DNA from: Gemmatimonadaceae bacterium | GTDB lineage: Bacteria; Gemmatimonadota; Gemmatimonadetes; Gemmatimonadales; Gemmatimonadaceae | Length of the DNA: 64,000 nt | Assembly: GCA_051859245.1 (NCBI GenBank) | Contig: JBHYGA010000001.1 | Coordinates: forward strand, 192,001 to 256,000 | Reading direction: 5' to 3' | In this document: piece after piece, positions 20,916-31,403 of the stretch | Layout: each line of letters starts with the position of its first letter | Numbering within the stretch: position 1 is the stretch's first letter | The notes under the pieces: model-generated | The model's input: the letters and a program-made list of their open reading frames with translations, nothing else | What the model was told of the DNA's origin: nothing | Database searches by the model: none | Translations under genes and position numbers: made by a program

Positions 20916-22001
20916 ATGCGGCAGTTGTGGCTTGCGCGATTTTCATCATCACCCTCGTGGGTAAGGCGGCGCTCGTCGGTTCGTGCACTGGGTCTCGCGA
21001 TCATCATCGCCGAGTCACTGCATGCGCAGACGGGCGCGCGTGTCGCACCCGTTACCGAGGCATTGCCGGCCATGCCCAGAGTGCATGCGCAGCTGATTCT
21101 GCCCGATTCACTGTTTTTCCCCGAGGGGCTGGATGTCGATGCGCGATCGGGCGCGGTGTACATCACGAGTATCGCGTATGGTCAGGTGATACGCGTGGAT
21201 TCCGCCGGAGCCGTCGCGCAGGTATTGCCGCGTGGGCGCGAGCCGATGGCGGCGGTGTTTGGCGTGGCCGTGGACACGGCGAGGAATATGCTGTGGCTCA
21301 CCACGGCTCCACATCCTCGGCGATCCGCGATGATGCAGGCCGACGCATCGCGTGCTGTAACGCCTGATGTACAGGCCGCACTCTTGCAGGTGCGGCTGCA
21401 CGACGGCGTGCTTGTACAGCGCTGGCCGTTAGGCGACAGCACCAGTATGCCAGGCGAGTTGGCCGTGCTGCCGAATGGCGATGTGATCGTGAGCGACGGA
21501 ATTCGTGGTGCGCTGTATCGCGTGCGCAATGGCGATGTGCGCGCGATTACGCATCCGCTGCTGCGCTCGCCACAGGGAGTTGCCACACGCGGCGACGGAA
21601 GCGTTGTGTGGATCGCGGACTGGTCTCGCGGTTTGCTGCGTTGGGATACGCGCAACGATAGTGTCATCCAGGTGCCGCTGTCGCAGGGGGGAATCCTGCG
21701 CGGCATTGATGGGCTGCGTTTTCACAAAGGCCGATTTCTGGTGGTGCAGAACGGGGCGAGTCCAGCCCGCGTGCTTGCCCTGCGTCTCGATCCTGAAGGT
21801 GCACGCATCGATGACGTGCGCGTGCTGGATGCGCTGCCGGAATGGAATGGGGAGCCTACCGTTGGTGCGTTGTTACCGGGTGAGTACGTGTACGTGAGTA
21901 CCAGTCAGTGGCCCCACTGGACGGAGGCGGGTGCGCGCAAAGGCACCATGCCGCTACCGCCGGTCATTCTGAGGCGCGTGATGTTCGAACGATACGAGTA
22001 G
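20916..22001 (+). CDS. Secreted SMP-30/gluconolactonase-like beta-propeller protein
   Basis: FPEGL, SPQGV, GIDGL, VVQNG repeats; start uncertain. Confidence 0.7.
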   Translation: MRQLWLARFSSSPSWVRRRSSVRALGLAIIIAESLHAQTGARVAPVTEALPAMPRVHAQLILPDSLFFPEGLDVDARSGAVYITSIAYGQVIRVDSAGAVAQVLPRGREPMAAVFGVAVDTARNMLWLTTAPHPRRSAMMQADASRAVTPDVQAALLQVRLHDGVLVQRWPLGDSTSMPGELAVLPNGDVIVSDGIRGALYRVRNGDVRAITHPLLRSPQGVATRGDGSVVWIADWSRGLLRWDTRNDSVIQVPLSQGGILRGIDGLRFHKGRFLVVQNGASPARVLALRLDPEGARIDDVRVLDALPEWNGEPTVGALLPGEYVYVSTSQWPHWTEAGARKGTMPLPPVILRRVMFERYE

Positions 22002-22023
22002 GGTCTGGCGCGACAGGCGTGTT
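21998..22023 (+). promoter_or_regulatory. Candidate ECF promoter, copy upstream of the peroxidase
   Basis: GTAGGGT-ctggcgcgacagg-CGTGTT. Confidence 0.65.
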
Positions 22024-22115
22024 AACATGGTGATGGCGAGCACGTCCCTAGATGGGTATGGCGCTCCGGTCCATCGGCGCGTTCACCTCTCTCGCATCGT
22101 GTCGTGGAGTTTCGC

Positions 22116-23330
22116 ATGTCTCAGCTCTCGCTCCCGCTGGTCGGCTTTGTATTGATGGCACTCGCCGCGTGCGGTGGCGCAGATGCGGGTCCATCCACGC
22201 TCGACGAGAGTGCCACGCCAACAGCCCCTGCGCCGCCGCCGGTGGCGCAACCACCTGTGAATGCATTTCCGGGCGTAACGGCGTTTCTTACGCTTGACAT
22301 GAATGCGCTGCCCAACTTTGCGGCGCCGTCGTATCCTGTGCACTATGACGCGGCTGTCATGGGCCGCGAGAACAGCGGTGCCAACCCGGTCACGAACATT
22401 GGTGCCGCACTGGGTGGCGTGCTGTTTCATGATCGCCAGCTCAGCGTGAACGGCACGGTGTCGTGCGCGTCCTGCCATCAGCAGGCGGATGGCTTCACCG
22501 ATCGCGCGCGCTTCAGTGTTGGTTTTGACGGTGTACGTCGTACAGACATGCACTCCATGCGATTGGCCAACGCGCGGTTCCAGCCCGATGCCGGATTTTT
22601 CTGGGATCGTCGCGCTGCAACGCTTGAAGCGCAGGCGACAGAGCCAATCCGCAACGCGGTTGAAATGGGATTTGACAGCAGCGTTGGTGGCATGGATTCG
22701 TTGCTGCGTCGCATGCGCACGCTGCCATACTATCCTGAATTGTTTCGCGCGGCGTTTGGTGACTCGCTGATCACGGAAGATCGAATGCAGCGGGCGCTCG
22801 CGCAGTACATGCGCAGCATTGTGTCAACGCGCAGTCGCTGGGATGACGAGTACGCACGCGTGTATTCACTCACCGTGCCCAATCGCGGCCTTAATCTCAA
22901 TCTCGCCGGTCTTTCGGCCGCCGAGAATCGTGGGCGGCAGCTCTTCTTCGATCCACCGCCGCAAGGTGGTGCCGGCTGCGCGGGCTGTCACTCGGCGCCC
23001 ACTTTTGCACTGGCTGTCGGCGTCCGTGGCAACGGATTGGATGCCGGTGAAGTGATCGCGTTCAAGTCACCGTCTCTCAAGAACGTGGCCGTTCGCGGAC
23101 CGTACATGCACGACGGGCGCTTTGAAACGCTTGAGGCGGTGGTGGAGCACTACGCGAGTGGCGTTCGGCTCGGGCCCGCGCTCGATCAGCGGCTCCGTGG
23201 TGGAAACGGGCAGCCGCTTCGGCTGAATCTCACGGCTGCCGACAAAGCGGCACTGGTTGCCTTTCTAGGCACGCTCACCGACTCCGTGCTGCTCAGTGAT
23301 CCGAAGTTCGGGAATCCGTTCCGTCGGTAG
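22116..23330 (+). CDS. Di-heme cytochrome c peroxidase / MauG-family lipoprotein
   Basis: Lipobox LAAC; CASCH and CAGCH; FFWD, FKSPSLKN, PYMHDG. Confidence 0.92.
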   Translation: MSQLSLPLVGFVLMALAACGGADAGPSTLDESATPTAPAPPPVAQPPVNAFPGVTAFLTLDMNALPNFAAPSYPVHYDAAVMGRENSGANPVTNIGAALGGVLFHDRQLSVNGTVSCASCHQQADGFTDRARFSVGFDGVRRTDMHSMRLANARFQPDAGFFWDRRAATLEAQATEPIRNAVEMGFDSSVGGMDSLLRRMRTLPYYPELFRAAFGDSLITEDRMQRALAQYMRSIVSTRSRWDDEYARVYSLTVPNRGLNLNLAGLSAAENRGRQLFFDPPPQGGAGCAGCHSAPTFALAVGVRGNGLDAGEVIAFKSPSLKNVAVRGPYMHDGRFETLEAVVEHYASGVRLGPALDQRLRGGNGQPLRLNLTAADKAALVAFLGTLTDSVLLSDPKFGNPFRR

Positions 23331-23354
23331 CGAGCCTGCTGACCCGCGCGCGAT

Positions 23355-24545
23355 TTATCGACGCGCGGGCGGTCGTTCGTACGATGAGGTGATGGAATCC
23401 CACGGCGACGTACTGCGCGATTGTTCGTAGCCGATTTGCTCCAGGCGCAGCATCCACGGCTTGTCAAACAATTTCTGCGCGCCTGGTTCGTCGATCAATG
23501 AGGCGTGTGGCTGCGCAATGCGCACTTGCATGCGCAGTCCGGGTACGTCTGCAGACACAGCACGCCCCAGTTCCTGCAGACGCTCCAGCTGATGCGGCTG
23601 CGAGGCCCAGAACAGCAGCTCGTTGGTACGACCGCTGATTTTGCCTCGGTTTGACGGCTTGATCATGCGCACCGGCGCGTGCGTGAACACATTCATGATC
23701 ACCCACACGCGCACATTCACGTCGCCTTGCACCCCTACGGCGCGAAGTCGCGCGGCGAGTTCACGATAATCTTCCAGAGACAGCAGCGGCAACACATTGG
23801 AAATCACGCCGCCGTCACTGTGCACGTGCCCGTCAATAATGCGCGGGGGAAAAATCCCGGGAATCGCGGTGGCCGTGTAGAGCAGCAACCGCGCACGATC
23901 GAGCGGCGCCTCGGGCGCGTTGAGGGCCACGCTCAAATCCCAGATGCGACCGATACCCAGATCCATGTCGGTCGTCGCAATGAGCAGTTGCCGACTCTTT
24001 GCAAACTCCGTTTGAAGACTGGCCTGCATGGATTCATTCACAACGGACGCAATGGAACGCTCGTACCGCGAGGTGTTCACGAGTCCACCGGTACGGCGCA
24101 GCCAGAACCACCAGTCGAGCGTGGGCGCAATCCGATCAGCCGCCGACCGATACAGTTGCGTGATAGTATCCAACGCGGCCGGCGTGCCTAGCAATGCAAA
24201 CGGTGCCTGAAGCGCGCCGGTGCTGATGGCGCTCACGAGATCGAACTGTGGCATGGCGTCAGAGGAACGCGACGCCCAGCCGCGCATGAAACCAACGCCG
24301 AACGCGCCGTGCTGCCCGCCGCCGGACAGCATCAGGATATCGAGCGTGCGATCAGGGCGCGCCTGTGCGCGCCGCACGAGTCGATTGAGAATGGAATCAC
24401 GCGTGACAGCATGCGCGACACGCGCCTGATCGCCGTCCGCTCGAATGGCGGCGAGATCTGTGCTGGGTCGGGAAATCGCCGCACAGGCGGCGAAGCTCTG
24501 CAACAAGACGAACGCACTCACCACACGCACGATGCATCGACGCAT
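23355..24545 (-). CDS. Patatin-like phospholipase (probable lipoprotein)
   Basis: LSGGGQHGAFG, AISTGA, DGG; FAAC lipobox-like. Confidence 0.88.
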   Translation of the reverse strand: MRRCIVRVVSAFVLLQSFAACAAISRPSTDLAAIRADGDQARVAHAVTRDSILNRLVRRAQARPDRTLDILMLSGGGQHGAFGVGFMRGWASRSSDAMPQFDLVSAISTGALQAPFALLGTPAALDTITQLYRSAADRIAPTLDWWFWLRRTGGLVNTSRYERSIASVVNESMQASLQTEFAKSRQLLIATTDMDLGIGRIWDLSVALNAPEAPLDRARLLLYTATAIPGIFPPRIIDGHVHSDGGVISNVLPLLSLEDYRELAARLRAVGVQGDVNVRVWVIMNVFTHAPVRMIKPSNRGKISGRTNELLFWASQPHQLERLQELGRAVSADVPGLRMQVRIAQPHASLIDEPGAQKLFDKPWMLRLEQIGYEQSRSTSPWDSITSSYERPPARR

Positions 24546-24565
24546 CACCAACGCCTCCAAAGGTT

Positions 24566-25126
24566 TCACCACGGATTGAGCTGATATCCCTGCGACTGCA
24601 ACACGTTCATCGCCGTCATGGCCGAAAGCGCGAGTTGCACGCCGGGAATCAGTTTGTCGCGTGGCACATCACGCCCCATCGATGTCTGTCCGCACAGAAT
24701 GATCCTGACCCCAGCCTGTAACAGCTCCCGGATAAGCGGACCACTCGGGTTGGCGGTTCCGTAGCGCGCCTTGTACGTGGCGTCATCCAGCAGGTCTTTA
24801 CCGGCCGTGCCATGCACGACCGCCGCGAGCTGAATGTTCTCACGCGGCACCCCTGCACGCGCGTGAAGATTCAGAAAGCGCGCCACGGTATTGAGCTGTT
24901 CGTTAAAGGCCATGGCGGGCGCGGGTGCTCCAGGCGCGGCGTCCGTTACGCCGCGATTGATCTCGAACACCACCTTGTACACGTGTTCACGTGGTGTCTC
25001 AAACGTGGGGTACGGCACGTCAAATACGGCGCCGCCAGACCGAATGACGGGACCGGTGGTGGCCTGCGACCAGACAGGTGCCGCCGCCGCAAAAAGCAAG
25101 AACGCAAGTGCCGTGATTCGACGCAT
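24566..25126 (-). CDS. Exported DsrE-family protein
   Basis: Signal peptide; KVVF, ARFLNLH, VVHG, LCGQT. Confidence 0.8.
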   Translation of the reverse strand: MRRITALAFLLFAAAAPVWSQATTGPVIRSGGAVFDVPYPTFETPREHVYKVVFEINRGVTDAAPGAPAPAMAFNEQLNTVARFLNLHARAGVPRENIQLAAVVHGTAGKDLLDDATYKARYGTANPSGPLIRELLQAGVRIILCGQTSMGRDVPRDKLIPGVQLALSAMTAMNVLQSQGYQLNPW

Positions 25127-25160
25127 CAGAAAACTCCGGAGAGAATGTACTATCGCAGCG

Positions 25161-26429
25161 CTATCGCAGCGCAGTCAGCACGCGCTGTACCAATCCATCA
25201 ACGGAGCCGTTGTTGATCCAGCGTGCGACAATCACCAGATCATGCTCTGGCACAGCAATGATGATGTTCGTGCCATTGCCAACATGTGCGAACGTTTTTG
25301 GCGTCGCACTCGCGAGATACTTGCCGTCGGTGTTCAGGAACCAGTTCATGTAGCCGTACGTGAGCTGCGCGGGCGTTGGTGTGGTGGCCTGCGTTACCCA
25401 CTGCTCACTCAACAACTGCTTGCCCTTCCATTGACCGCGGCGCAGCGTGAGCAATCCGAACCGCGCCTGGTCACGCGCGCTGATGAACATGCCACCGCCC
25501 CAGTGTCCACCGCCGCTCACAACTTCAATCGCGCGTCCGTCAAGCTGAATCTTGGACGTTTCATATCCCATCCATCGCCACGTGGGCGATGCACCAATCG
25601 GGTCCATGATGAACTCACGCAACACCTCCGGAAGCGGACGGCGCCACACACTGGTCGCCGCGAGCGCCAACAGATTCACGCGCGTGTCGTTGTACTCGTA
25701 CACAGTGCCAGGCTCTTTGCGTGCGCGACCGAGCCACGTGGCTGCATCACGATCCGGACGATCGGCCCACTCCGGTTTTCCCCAGAGCACACCGTCCCAG
25801 TCACTGGTTTGCCGCAACAAATGATCCCACGTAATGCGTGAGTTGTGCGGCCCGGTGAAGGGTTCGAGCAGCGCGCCGTTGGCCGGTCGGTCGGCACCGA
25901 GTCCGCCGCGAAGCGGATGCAGCGACACAATCGGACCGACATAACTCGCCGCACGATCATTCACGTTGCGAATCAGTCCGCGGTCAACTGCGAGTCCAAC
26001 CGTGCTGGAGAGAAAACTCTTGGACACACTGAAGGTCATATCGACCCGATCAGGATCGCCCCATTCGGCCACGATGTAACCGCCGCGCACGATCATACCT
26101 GTCGCGTCGCCACGCGGCGTGAACACACCGGCCGCGTCACCAAAAGGCTCACGCCCAAACGACTGGTAGTGCGCCATTTCAAGATCGCGAGGCGTGCGCG
26201 CTTCATTTTCAATCGCAAACGCGATCGCCGCGGCAAGTCGCGCGGAGTCAAAGCCAGCAGCCTGCGCCGAACGACGCTGCCAGGCTGGTCCGGCATCTGG
26301 GTAGTACGCGTTGGCCGGAACCGTCCACGTTTGTGGCGCACGTGTTTCGAGTGCTGCGGTTTGCGCCGGGAGCAACTCGGCCGCGACGATCGCAAACAAC
26401 ACGGCGAACAAGGTCAACACGCGGGTCAT
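25161..26429 (-). CDS. Serine hydrolase, beta-lactamase-related (NylB-like)
   Basis: FSVSK, YND, ARDQARFG; signal peptide. Confidence 0.9.
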   Translation of the reverse strand: MTRVLTLFAVLFAIVAAELLPAQTAALETRAPQTWTVPANAYYPDAGPAWQRRSAQAAGFDSARLAAAIAFAIENEARTPRDLEMAHYQSFGREPFGDAAGVFTPRGDATGMIVRGGYIVAEWGDPDRVDMTFSVSKSFLSSTVGLAVDRGLIRNVNDRAASYVGPIVSLHPLRGGLGADRPANGALLEPFTGPHNSRITWDHLLRQTSDWDGVLWGKPEWADRPDRDAATWLGRARKEPGTVYEYNDTRVNLLALAATSVWRRPLPEVLREFIMDPIGASPTWRWMGYETSKIQLDGRAIEVVSGGGHWGGGMFISARDQARFGLLTLRRGQWKGKQLLSEQWVTQATTPTPAQLTYGYMNWFLNTDGKYLASATPKTFAHVGNGTNIIIAVPEHDLVIVARWINNGSVDGLVQRVLTALR

Positions 26430-27043
26430 TCGTTCGTCTCTGTGTCGGACGCAGACTCGGTATCAGCGTCAGGTTCCGATTCGGTAAGGTAGGATCGCGT
26501 GGTGAGAAATGCCGCGATCACCGCGCGATCGGTAAAGACATCAAGCTTTCCAGACATGGACGCGACGCGAATTAGGCAACCGGTGCCCACGGGTGACGCA
26601 ATGACAATCGCGTCGTGCGTGATGCACACCGCTTCCGCTTCGGGTGGCACGTCTTCCGCAGTGCCGGACTGTTGCACCACCGCTTCCATGCGCGACGCAT
26701 CAATGCGTTCGTCTTCGCTTTCGACCTTCGACACCGATAGCCACGTGGCGCCGGTGAACAGCACGACATCGTTACCGCCGAGTCCGAGATCGGTGGTTTC
26801 GTAGACGGTGGCGTCGACTAGATCATCGTGCGCGGTGTCGTCGAGGATGTCATCGGCCACCAGACACGTGGCCGCGAAGCCGGGCTCAATGTCGTGCAGC
26901 TCAACGCGAAACTGCACGGCCGTGCCGTCGGCAAGTCGAACGGTGACCACGCGCTCGGACGCTTGCACATCGCGCCACGCGCCACGCAGACGACGAAACG
27001 TTTCAATACTGTCGTTGTCGGCCTGAAATCGGTACTCACGCAC
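26426..27043 (-). CDS. Hypothetical acidic protein
   Basis: GAGGT then GTG 27043; stop overlaps the next ATG. Confidence 0.7.
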   Translation of the reverse strand: MREYRFQADNDSIETFRRLRGAWRDVQASERVVTVRLADGTAVQFRVELHDIEPGFAATCLVADDILDDTAHDDLVDATVYETTDLGLGGNDVVLFTGATWLSVSKVESEDERIDASRMEAVVQQSGTAEDVPPEAEAVCITHDAIVIASPVGTGCLIRVASMSGKLDVFTDRAVIAAFLTTRSYLTESEPDADTESASDTETNE

Positions 27044-27181
27044 GGGCGCACCTCGTGATCCACGCAAGGTGCACCCGGTCATCAAGCCGAACACATGAAA
27101 GAGAGATGGAATCCATCCCTTCAAACTACCTGAAGCACCGCAGGTTGTTGAGCGGTGCCCCGTTTCGAGCGCACAACGGCG

Positions 27182-28702
27182 CTAGAGCGACCAACCCGCG
27201 CGGTATTCACGCGTGAGGAAGGGATTGAGCACTTCCGCATTGGTAAACCGCATGGCGGAGGCATCATAGAATGCCTTCTTCCCCTGACCAAGCCGCATCG
27301 CGACCGTGCCAACGAGCATCGTTTCATTCAGCGCGGCCGCATACGCAAACGGTGACGACGCCTCGGCTTCGCCCTTCGCCGCCGCAATCCAGTTCCCTTC
27401 GTGTGAGCCGCCAATGCGCGGGAGCGACACCGGCACGCGTTCGGCCTCGGCCGCCACCGACTCGGGGTACACCTTGGGGTTGTTGCCGTAGGTCTCGTAC
27501 GTGATGATGCCGCGCGATCCGATAATCACACCGCCGCCGCCGTCGCCGAGCGGGAGTGACACGTCATCGGGCAGGTGCGGCGGACGTGGTGGCATGAGTC
27601 CGCCATCGTACCAGAACAGCTTGACGGCGGGCCGATCGCCAACCGCCGGAAACTCATACTCCACTTGGGTGGCGAGCGGGTAGCTGGCCGGCGTTTTGGC
27701 GCCGCCGCCCCAGGGTGAAGTGGCTGCCGTCACGCTCGTTGGCTGCGTGAGTCCGAGTGCCCAGTACGTCTGGTCAACCAAGTGCGCTCCCATGTCGCCG
27801 AGCGCGCCCACGCCAAAGTCCACCCAGCCGCGCCAAGCGAACGGATGATAGGCTGGATGATACGGAACGAGCGGCGCGGGTCCGCAATACAGATCCCAAT
27901 CCAGACCAGGCGGCGGTGACTGCGGGTTGTCAGCCATTGCCCGAAGCACCGCCACTTCGACCGTGCGCGCATTCCACTGCGGCGGACGCGCTGGATCCGG
28001 AGGGCGAACCGCAGGCACTGGGGAGCCGGGACGCGGAATGCCCTGCGCCCAATAGCCGACGGGGCGATCGGTCCAGATGTGCGCGCTCGACACCGTGCCA
28101 AGCACGCCGGAACGCACGATTTCTACTACTCGACGTGTGCCTTCCCGCGAATGCCCCTGATTGCCCATCTGCGTGGCCACTTTGCTCGACGCGGCGAGTT
28201 TGGCGAGGTGACGTGATTCGTGCACGGAGAAGGCGAGTGGCTTCTGCACGTAGACATGTTTGCCAAGCTGCATCGCGGCACTGGCTTGAATCGCGTGCAA
28301 GTGATCGGGCGTGGCAATCATCACCGCGTCAATGTCTTTGCGCTCCTCGAGCATCTTGCGATAGTCGGTGTACTTGGCGGCTTTGGTGTACACCTCTTTC
28401 AACTTGATCGCTTCTTCGGAGACTTTACCATCGCGCGGGCGCAGGCGTCCTTCGAGCTGACGTTCCACGTAGGCAAAATCCACGTCGCACACTGCGACAA
28501 TGTTTTCGCCCATCATTTGCGCCATGTTGTTCATGCCCATGCCGCCAATGCCGATGCAGGCAATGTTCAGCGTGGCGCTGGGCGCGCGCGAGATGATGCC
28601 AGCCGGTGCGCCGGCAAGGAGGTGGCGCGGGAGGACTATGGCGCCGAAGCCGAGGGCAGCCGCGTGCCCGAGAAAATCGCGGCGAGAGGGAGGGGTAGTC
28701 AT
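27182..28702 (-). CDS. Tat-exported Gfo/Idh/MocA oxidoreductase
   Basis: SRRDFL; IGIGGMG, ATPDHLH, KHVYVQKP, GALGDMGAH. Confidence 0.92.
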   Translation of the reverse strand: MTTPPSRRDFLGHAAALGFGAIVLPRHLLAGAPAGIISRAPSATLNIACIGIGGMGMNNMAQMMGENIVAVCDVDFAYVERQLEGRLRPRDGKVSEEAIKLKEVYTKAAKYTDYRKMLEERKDIDAVMIATPDHLHAIQASAAMQLGKHVYVQKPLAFSVHESRHLAKLAASSKVATQMGNQGHSREGTRRVVEIVRSGVLGTVSSAHIWTDRPVGYWAQGIPRPGSPVPAVRPPDPARPPQWNARTVEVAVLRAMADNPQSPPPGLDWDLYCGPAPLVPYHPAYHPFAWRGWVDFGVGALGDMGAHLVDQTYWALGLTQPTSVTAATSPWGGGAKTPASYPLATQVEYEFPAVGDRPAVKLFWYDGGLMPPRPPHLPDDVSLPLGDGGGGVIIGSRGIITYETYGNNPKVYPESVAAEAERVPVSLPRIGGSHEGNWIAAAKGEAEASSPFAYAAALNETMLVGTVAMRLGQGKKAFYDASAMRFTNAEVLNPFLTREYRAGWSL

Positions 28703-28757
28703 GCCGACGACGCTACGGCTCGGCGTCGTCGGCGTCAATAAACAGACGAGAGAAAAA

Positions 28758-29873
28758 TCAGGGCGCGGACGTAACGCGTACGAAACGCGCCACATCGCGT
28801 GGCCCCTGACTGACCACCATGGTATCGCGATCCAGTCGCACGGAGCCTCCCGTATTGATCACGGCGAGAAACCGCTGCTCGACCGCATTCAGCGCGCTGT
28901 CACCGCACGCCATCTTCGAACTGACGGCGGGCCCTGATGTGAGCGTGGTCCCACGAAACGTGGCCGGTGCGCTGAAGCCGTTGCAGCCACCGTTTCCGGA
29001 CAAACGATTCTCGTAACGTTCCCACTTGAGCGACGCCTTGGTGTCCTCGGGCAGCACGGTCGCACCTTCGGGACCGTCGAGACTGACCAGACGCCAGCCG
29101 TTGGCGGCCAGCACATCCAGCGTGCCCTGCGCGGCGCATCCGTCGAGCGGGTCGATGCGGTCCATGGAATCCACCACCAGCGAGAGCGCGGTGCCATCAC
29201 CTTCCATGGCGGGTCGATTCGCTAGATGTCCTTTGAGCCGCACCACCACCGCGTCTCCGGGCTGGATATCAGTGAGTGCCGTGTACGCGCGCTCGAGATT
29301 GATGTATTCGCCGCTCATGTCAACCGGAAACTGCAGGCCGTTCCCGCACTCGACGATTGTTGCGGCATCGGCCATGTACGAGAACGCGGCGATCAGTCGC
29401 GCGGGGTGCGTAATGTCGACCGGCCGCGAAACTGCGGTGAGCGAATAGTTCAGTTCGCCCGCGATGCGCTGGCCCTGTCGATCGAGTTTTGTGAGGGCAC
29501 CACCGGGCTCAACCGCGTAAAAATCCGCCAGGCCCGTGCTTCCGCGCAGCACCACGCGGGTGGCCGAATCGGTGTGCGTCCAGCGACCGAGATCCGTAAA
29601 TGTGGTATCGCCTTTTCCGCCGGTGCCGAGGTAGACGCCTTCGCTGCGGAAGGTGCCGTCTGGGTAGAGCGTGATGGTGGTACGAATTCCCGCGCAATCG
29701 GCGCAGGGAATTTCTCCGACCCAACTCGCGGCGCCCGGCAGGTCCGCGATATCACGAGCCGACACGTCTCCCGACACGGCGCTGTCCGCGCTATCACGAG
29801 CCGCGTCCGATCCACCGCAGGCTGCGGTGAGGCCGATGAGAAGGAGAGATGCCAGTCGTAGCGCAATCCTCAT
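28758..29873 (-). CDS. NlpE(CutF)-N / NlpE-C / META fusion lipoprotein
   Basis: Lipobox TAAC; GEIPCADCAGI; YMADAA...EC; GNGGCN...SSKMAC. Confidence 0.85.
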   Translation of the reverse strand: MRIALRLASLLLIGLTAACGGSDAARDSADSAVSGDVSARDIADLPGAASWVGEIPCADCAGIRTTITLYPDGTFRSEGVYLGTGGKGDTTFTDLGRWTHTDSATRVVLRGSTGLADFYAVEPGGALTKLDRQGQRIAGELNYSLTAVSRPVDITHPARLIAAFSYMADAATIVECGNGLQFPVDMSGEYINLERAYTALTDIQPGDAVVVRLKGHLANRPAMEGDGTALSLVVDSMDRIDPLDGCAAQGTLDVLAANGWRLVSLDGPEGATVLPEDTKASLKWERYENRLSGNGGCNGFSAPATFRGTTLTSGPAVSSKMACGDSALNAVEQRFLAVINTGGSVRLDRDTMVVSQGPRDVARFVRVTSAP

Positions 29874-29967
29874 GAGAGTCTCCGAATGGGAAGGAAGTGA
29901 AGAACATGACAGACCTGTAAAATACTGCGCCTCACGATTCTGGTGTGGCGTGTCGACACTCACCGGA

Positions 29968-31218
29968 ATGCCCGCCGTACTCCCACCAGTCGTCGCCGTC
30001 GAACCCGCGACCGCAGCACCCGCTGCCAGCATCCGACCACTCGGCTCGCCTACAGGCCGCCACCTTGGGTTGGCGTTGCTGGCCTATCTGGTGGCAACCA
30101 CGCTGCTCATTACCTGGGCACCATTTGCCTTCACACTCGTGCCCGCGCACGGATTCAGTACGGTGTGGACGTGGTCAGATCTGGTGCTCAACGTGGTGAT
30201 GTTCCTTCCACTTGGATTTTTCGCACAATCCGCACGTGTGCACGAGCGCGAAGTCGCATGGTGGATGGTTGGTCTGGCTGGCGCGTTGCTCAGTGCGGTT
30301 ATCGAAGTGGGTCAGCTGTTTCTTGCGGAACGATTCTCGTCGGTTTTCGACATTTGCACGAACGGTCTCGGAGCGGCGATTGGCGCGCGTGCGTTCCAGG
30401 CGGTGCGTCCGCGCGTTCGAATTGGTCGCGGCGCGGTATCGGCGCTGGCGCTTGAGTTACCGCTCATGGGCCTTGTGGTGCTGCTGGTACCGTTGCTCTG
30501 GGTCACCGGTTTCGCGAGTGCGGGCACGGACCGCGTCTGGTTAATGCTGCCGATCGCAACATTCGGAGGAGCCCTCATCGGCGCGGTGCACGGCGCGTAT
30601 CTCGATCAAACGGCTCGTGTATCCCGCGGCGCGATGCTGGTTGCGGTGGCCGTGTGGTTTGTTGTAGCGGCGCTTCCCGGCGCCGCCGAACATACCGATG
30701 TGCTGATCGCGGGCGCCACACTTGCCATTGGCTGCGCGTGGCTGCGGAGCCAATCCACTGCGCGCGCGCGAGCTCGCAATGGTGATCAGCGTGTGGAGCT
30801 GCGCACGCTGCGCATCGCGTTGCCGCTGTTCGCGGTGTATTTCACGCTGGCCTCGCTCTGGCCGCTCGATGCGGTGGACGGTGTGTGGCGAGGCGCGTGG
30901 GCACTCGCACCATCGCGCGATGGCCTGTCGCGTGCGCTGCTCATGCAGTCGCTTGAATACCTCGCCGGTTTCACGCTCGTGGGTTATGTCACCGCCGAGT
31001 TCCACGGCCGTTCGAATGAACCGTATCGCGTGATCTCTCGGCGCGTGCTGCGCTGCTCGATAGTGCTGGTCGTGTTGCTGGAAACGGCGCGGGGATGGAA
31101 TACGGCACAGGGGGCAAGTCTGGCGATCGCGCTGCTGGCCGTTGCCGCCGGACTCTTTGGTGGCTGGTTGTATCACTTGCAACGTGATCATGTGCGCACG
31201 CTGCTGCGGCGCGCGTAG
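29968..31218 (+). CDS. VanZ-family multi-TM membrane protein
   Basis: DLVLNVVMFLPLG, SAVIEVGQLF, DICTNGLG; start uncertain. Confidence 0.8.
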   Translation: MPAVLPPVVAVEPATAAPAASIRPLGSPTGRHLGLALLAYLVATTLLITWAPFAFTLVPAHGFSTVWTWSDLVLNVVMFLPLGFFAQSARVHEREVAWWMVGLAGALLSAVIEVGQLFLAERFSSVFDICTNGLGAAIGARAFQAVRPRVRIGRGAVSALALELPLMGLVVLLVPLLWVTGFASAGTDRVWLMLPIATFGGALIGAVHGAYLDQTARVSRGAMLVAVAVWFVVAALPGAAEHTDVLIAGATLAIGCAWLRSQSTARARARNGDQRVELRTLRIALPLFAVYFTLASLWPLDAVDGVWRGAWALAPSRDGLSRALLMQSLEYLAGFTLVGYVTAEFHGRSNEPYRVISRRVLRCSIVLVVLLETARGWNTAQGASLAIALLAVAAGLFGGWLYHLQRDHVRTLLRRA

Positions 31219-31229
31219 ATGCCGATGGT

Positions 31230-31283
31230 GAATACCACGTGTGACTACCGCGTGTAGCTACCGCGTGTGAATACTCCGCGTGG
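31230..31283. repeat. Four degenerate ~13-bp tandem units
   Basis: GAATACCACGTGT / GACTACCGCGTGT / AGCTACCGCGTGT / GAATACTCCGCGTGG. Confidence 0.75.
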
Positions 31284-31403
31284 CGAGCCGCGCGCGGACA
31301 CTGCGCGTAGGGACTGCCTGTAGGGCGAACGCCGCTGGCACTCGGCGGGCGTTGAGCGCATACTCAACTGAGTTGACTCGCCCTCCTACGCCGGATTCCC
31401 GCC

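Noticed and set aside
31230..31283. CRISPR array
   Set aside because: 13-bp adjacent units, no spacers, no cas genes.
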